From positions 1-35,962 of the forward strand of contig CAJJVE010000001.1 of the NCBI GenBank assembly GCA_905196265.1: a stretch of DNA of 35,962 nucleotides. Reading direction: 5' to 3'. Source of the DNA: an uncultured Collinsella sp. Lineage in GTDB: Bacteria > Actinomycetota > Coriobacteriia > Coriobacteriales > Coriobacteriaceae. This document shows positions 35,631 through 35,962 of the stretch, one piece after another. The notes below the pieces were generated by a model. It had not been told where the DNA came from. It saw only the letters and a list, made by a program, of their open reading frames with translations, and did not search any database. A program made the position numbers and the translations under genes. Positions within the stretch are counted from its first letter, which is position 1; the number at the start of each line of letters is the position of its first letter.

Positions 35631-35962
35631 ATGTCTGCAATCACTATTCTGCTTGTTGCGATTGTCGCGTTGCTTGCCGGTATGGAAGGCATTCTGGATG
35701 AGTTCCAGTTCCATCAGCCGCTCGTGGCATGCACACTTATCGGTCTCGTAACCGGTCACCTTCAGGAGGGCATCCTCCTGGGCGGTTCGCTCCAGATGAT
35801 GGCCCTTGGCTGGGCTAACGTTGGCGCCGCTGTCGCGCCTGACGCCGCTCTGGCCTCGGTCGCTTCTTCGATCATCATGGTGCTCGCCCTCAACGGTGGC
35901 GCCACCGATTCGGCCAAGGCCGTTACCACCGCTATCGCCGTCGCCGTCCCGCTGTCGGTCGC
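35631..35962 (+). CDS. manY: PTS mannose-family EIIC, 5' part (runs off window)
   Basis: MSAITILLVAIVALLAGMEGILDEFQFHQPLVACTLIGLVTG...LGWANVGAAVAPD; AAGGAGG RBS. Confidence 0.9.
   Translation, partial: MSAITILLVAIVALLAGMEGILDEFQFHQPLVACTLIGLVTGHLQEGILLGGSLQMMALGWANVGAAVAPDAALASVASSIIMVLALNGGATDSAKAVTTAIAVAVPLSV

Overview
GC-rich (roughly 60-65%) chromosomal window. Gene content and style suggest a gut Coriobacteriia such as Collinsella (inference). Left to right: the end of a LuxR-type regulator; a minus-strand envelope operon (DUF4428-like, Zn-ribbon membrane protein, SPFH/Band-7, lipoprotein); an 11.5-kb glycoside-utilisation locus (DUF1593-like protein, esterase, PTS EIIBC, two DUF4038/GH140-like proteins, TetR, MFS, ROK); pyrE; a YbhJ-like aconitase-family hydratase; a 2.1-kb repeat-bounded module with two unknown membrane-anchored genes; clpB broken by an apparent 14-bp deletion; a small ORF; an AAA/DUF4143 ATPase; a surface protein; a DUF5692-like/TetR/large Fe-S flavoprotein/hypA cluster; and the start of a mannose-family PTS operon. 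No CRISPR array, rRNA, tRNA, transposase or integrase is recognisable. The most unusual signal is non-coding. Arrays of 80-bp units with a fixed TGTAACA-N25-TGTTACA geometry, plus four copies of a 42-bp REP-like palindrome, bracket and separate the two unknown genes. A wider family of GGGAC/GGGGTC-containing hairpins recurs in many intergenic gaps. All family assignments are from motif recognition by eye, not database searches.
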